Shown piece by piece: positions 63,273-64,000 of a stretch of DNA of 64,000 bases (the stretch's first letter is position 1; every line of letters begins with the position of its first letter). The position numbers and the translations under genes are program-made. Origin of the DNA: Marsupella aquatica (Eukaryota > Plantae > Marchantiophyta). The notes beneath the pieces are model-generated. The model saw nothing but the letters and a program-made list of their open reading frames with translations. It had not been told where the DNA came from and did not search any database. The stretch covers positions 10,501,832 through 10,565,831 of the forward strand of contig OZ316897.1 of NCBI GenBank assembly GCA_973895155.1, given 5' to 3'.

Positions 63273-63429
63273 CAAGAAAAGACTTAACAGGACCCCTCTG
63301 CCAGTCTGCCATGAAGACTTAACAGACCCCTGTGACTGCCCATCTTGCCCAGGTCTTCATTGCATCTTACTCACAAGGGTCTGGTTAAGTCCAGGAGATG
63401 CCAGAAGGGTCCTGTTAAGTCTTTTCTTG
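63273..63429. mobile_element. 157-bp Mutator-like MITE with 9-bp TSD in the MATE copy 2 promoter
   Basis: TIR CAAGAAAAGACTTAACAGGACCC / GGGTCCTGTTAAGTCTTTTCTTG (23 bp perfect). TSD ACGAATACC (63264-63272) / ACGAATATC (63430-63438). The aligned site in the copy 1 promoter is empty (single GCGAATCTC near 54881). Confidence 0.88.
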
Positions 63430-64000
63430 ACGAATATCGCCTCCTCATCCGTGTTGAGAGACGTGTCTTGACCGTCTAAGTTTGCTCGATTGATAGCCAA
63501 CAGCAACTAGGAACGCGGAAAGTTCCGAGTGATCTCCATTAAACCCCGCCTTCCCATCATCACGGAGAGATTGAAGAGGACCCACCACAAGTTTGAACAG
63601 AAACGCCAGAGCTACAAATTATCCATCAATCCCATCAGCTTCATGAAGGTTTGGGCTTAGCTGGTTCTGACCACAAGAATAGTTCACGAGAATTTGCTGC
63701 CAAGCATTGGAGGTCCATGTGCGATTTGTTACTACTGAGACATTATTATACAGATTCGAATGGTCGAGCGTCGAACTCACTTTTCGGACTAGCTTTTGAT
63801 CTCATCAAGCTTTCAGCACGGTCATCAAAAGGAGGATTGGTTGATGTGAAATGCGAAGGCCCTCGAGACCTTTCCTTCTCCATCCCCCATTGCTCTGCGA
63901 GGACGTACGTTCACGAAAGAATTCAGGTGGCACAACTCTTCAGTCCTCTGTCATCTCTTGCGTAAGAAAACCAGGATGTGGTCTGTCATCTCTTGCGTAA

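Overview
Intron-rich land-plant nuclear DNA, possibly a bryophyte such as a liverwort (a guess from sequence style only). The six-frame ORF track is mostly exon fragments or noise, so genes were rebuilt by hand from splice sites. Left to right: (i) the 5' end of a short-LTR retroelement and a tRNA-derived SINE; (ii) three TIC32-like short-chain dehydrogenase paralogs (two tandem on +, one inverted and 5'-truncated), each disabled by a different lesion and sharing a GC-AG intron; (iii) a solo LTR nested in an older relative; (iv) a 4-exon gene, not visible as one ORF, for a 153-aa secreted precursor with a phytosulfokine-type C...C-RRML prodomain, a PSY-like DYGSPGTN motif, a tandem PSK-like DYNYDYSY motif and a poly-Lys tail, which is the most novel item; (v) an intact 12-exon PAP1/PAP27-type purple acid phosphatase; (vi) an intronless COG2426 small multidrug-export-type membrane protein; (vii) a ~1135-aa receptor-like kinase with a CRINKLY4-related kinase domain but an unrecognised ectodomain; (viii) two tandem 8-exon, 525-aa MATE transporters with diverged promoters. 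SINEs, MITEs and short tandem repeats are scattered throughout. I saw no rRNA, tRNA gene or CRISPR array.
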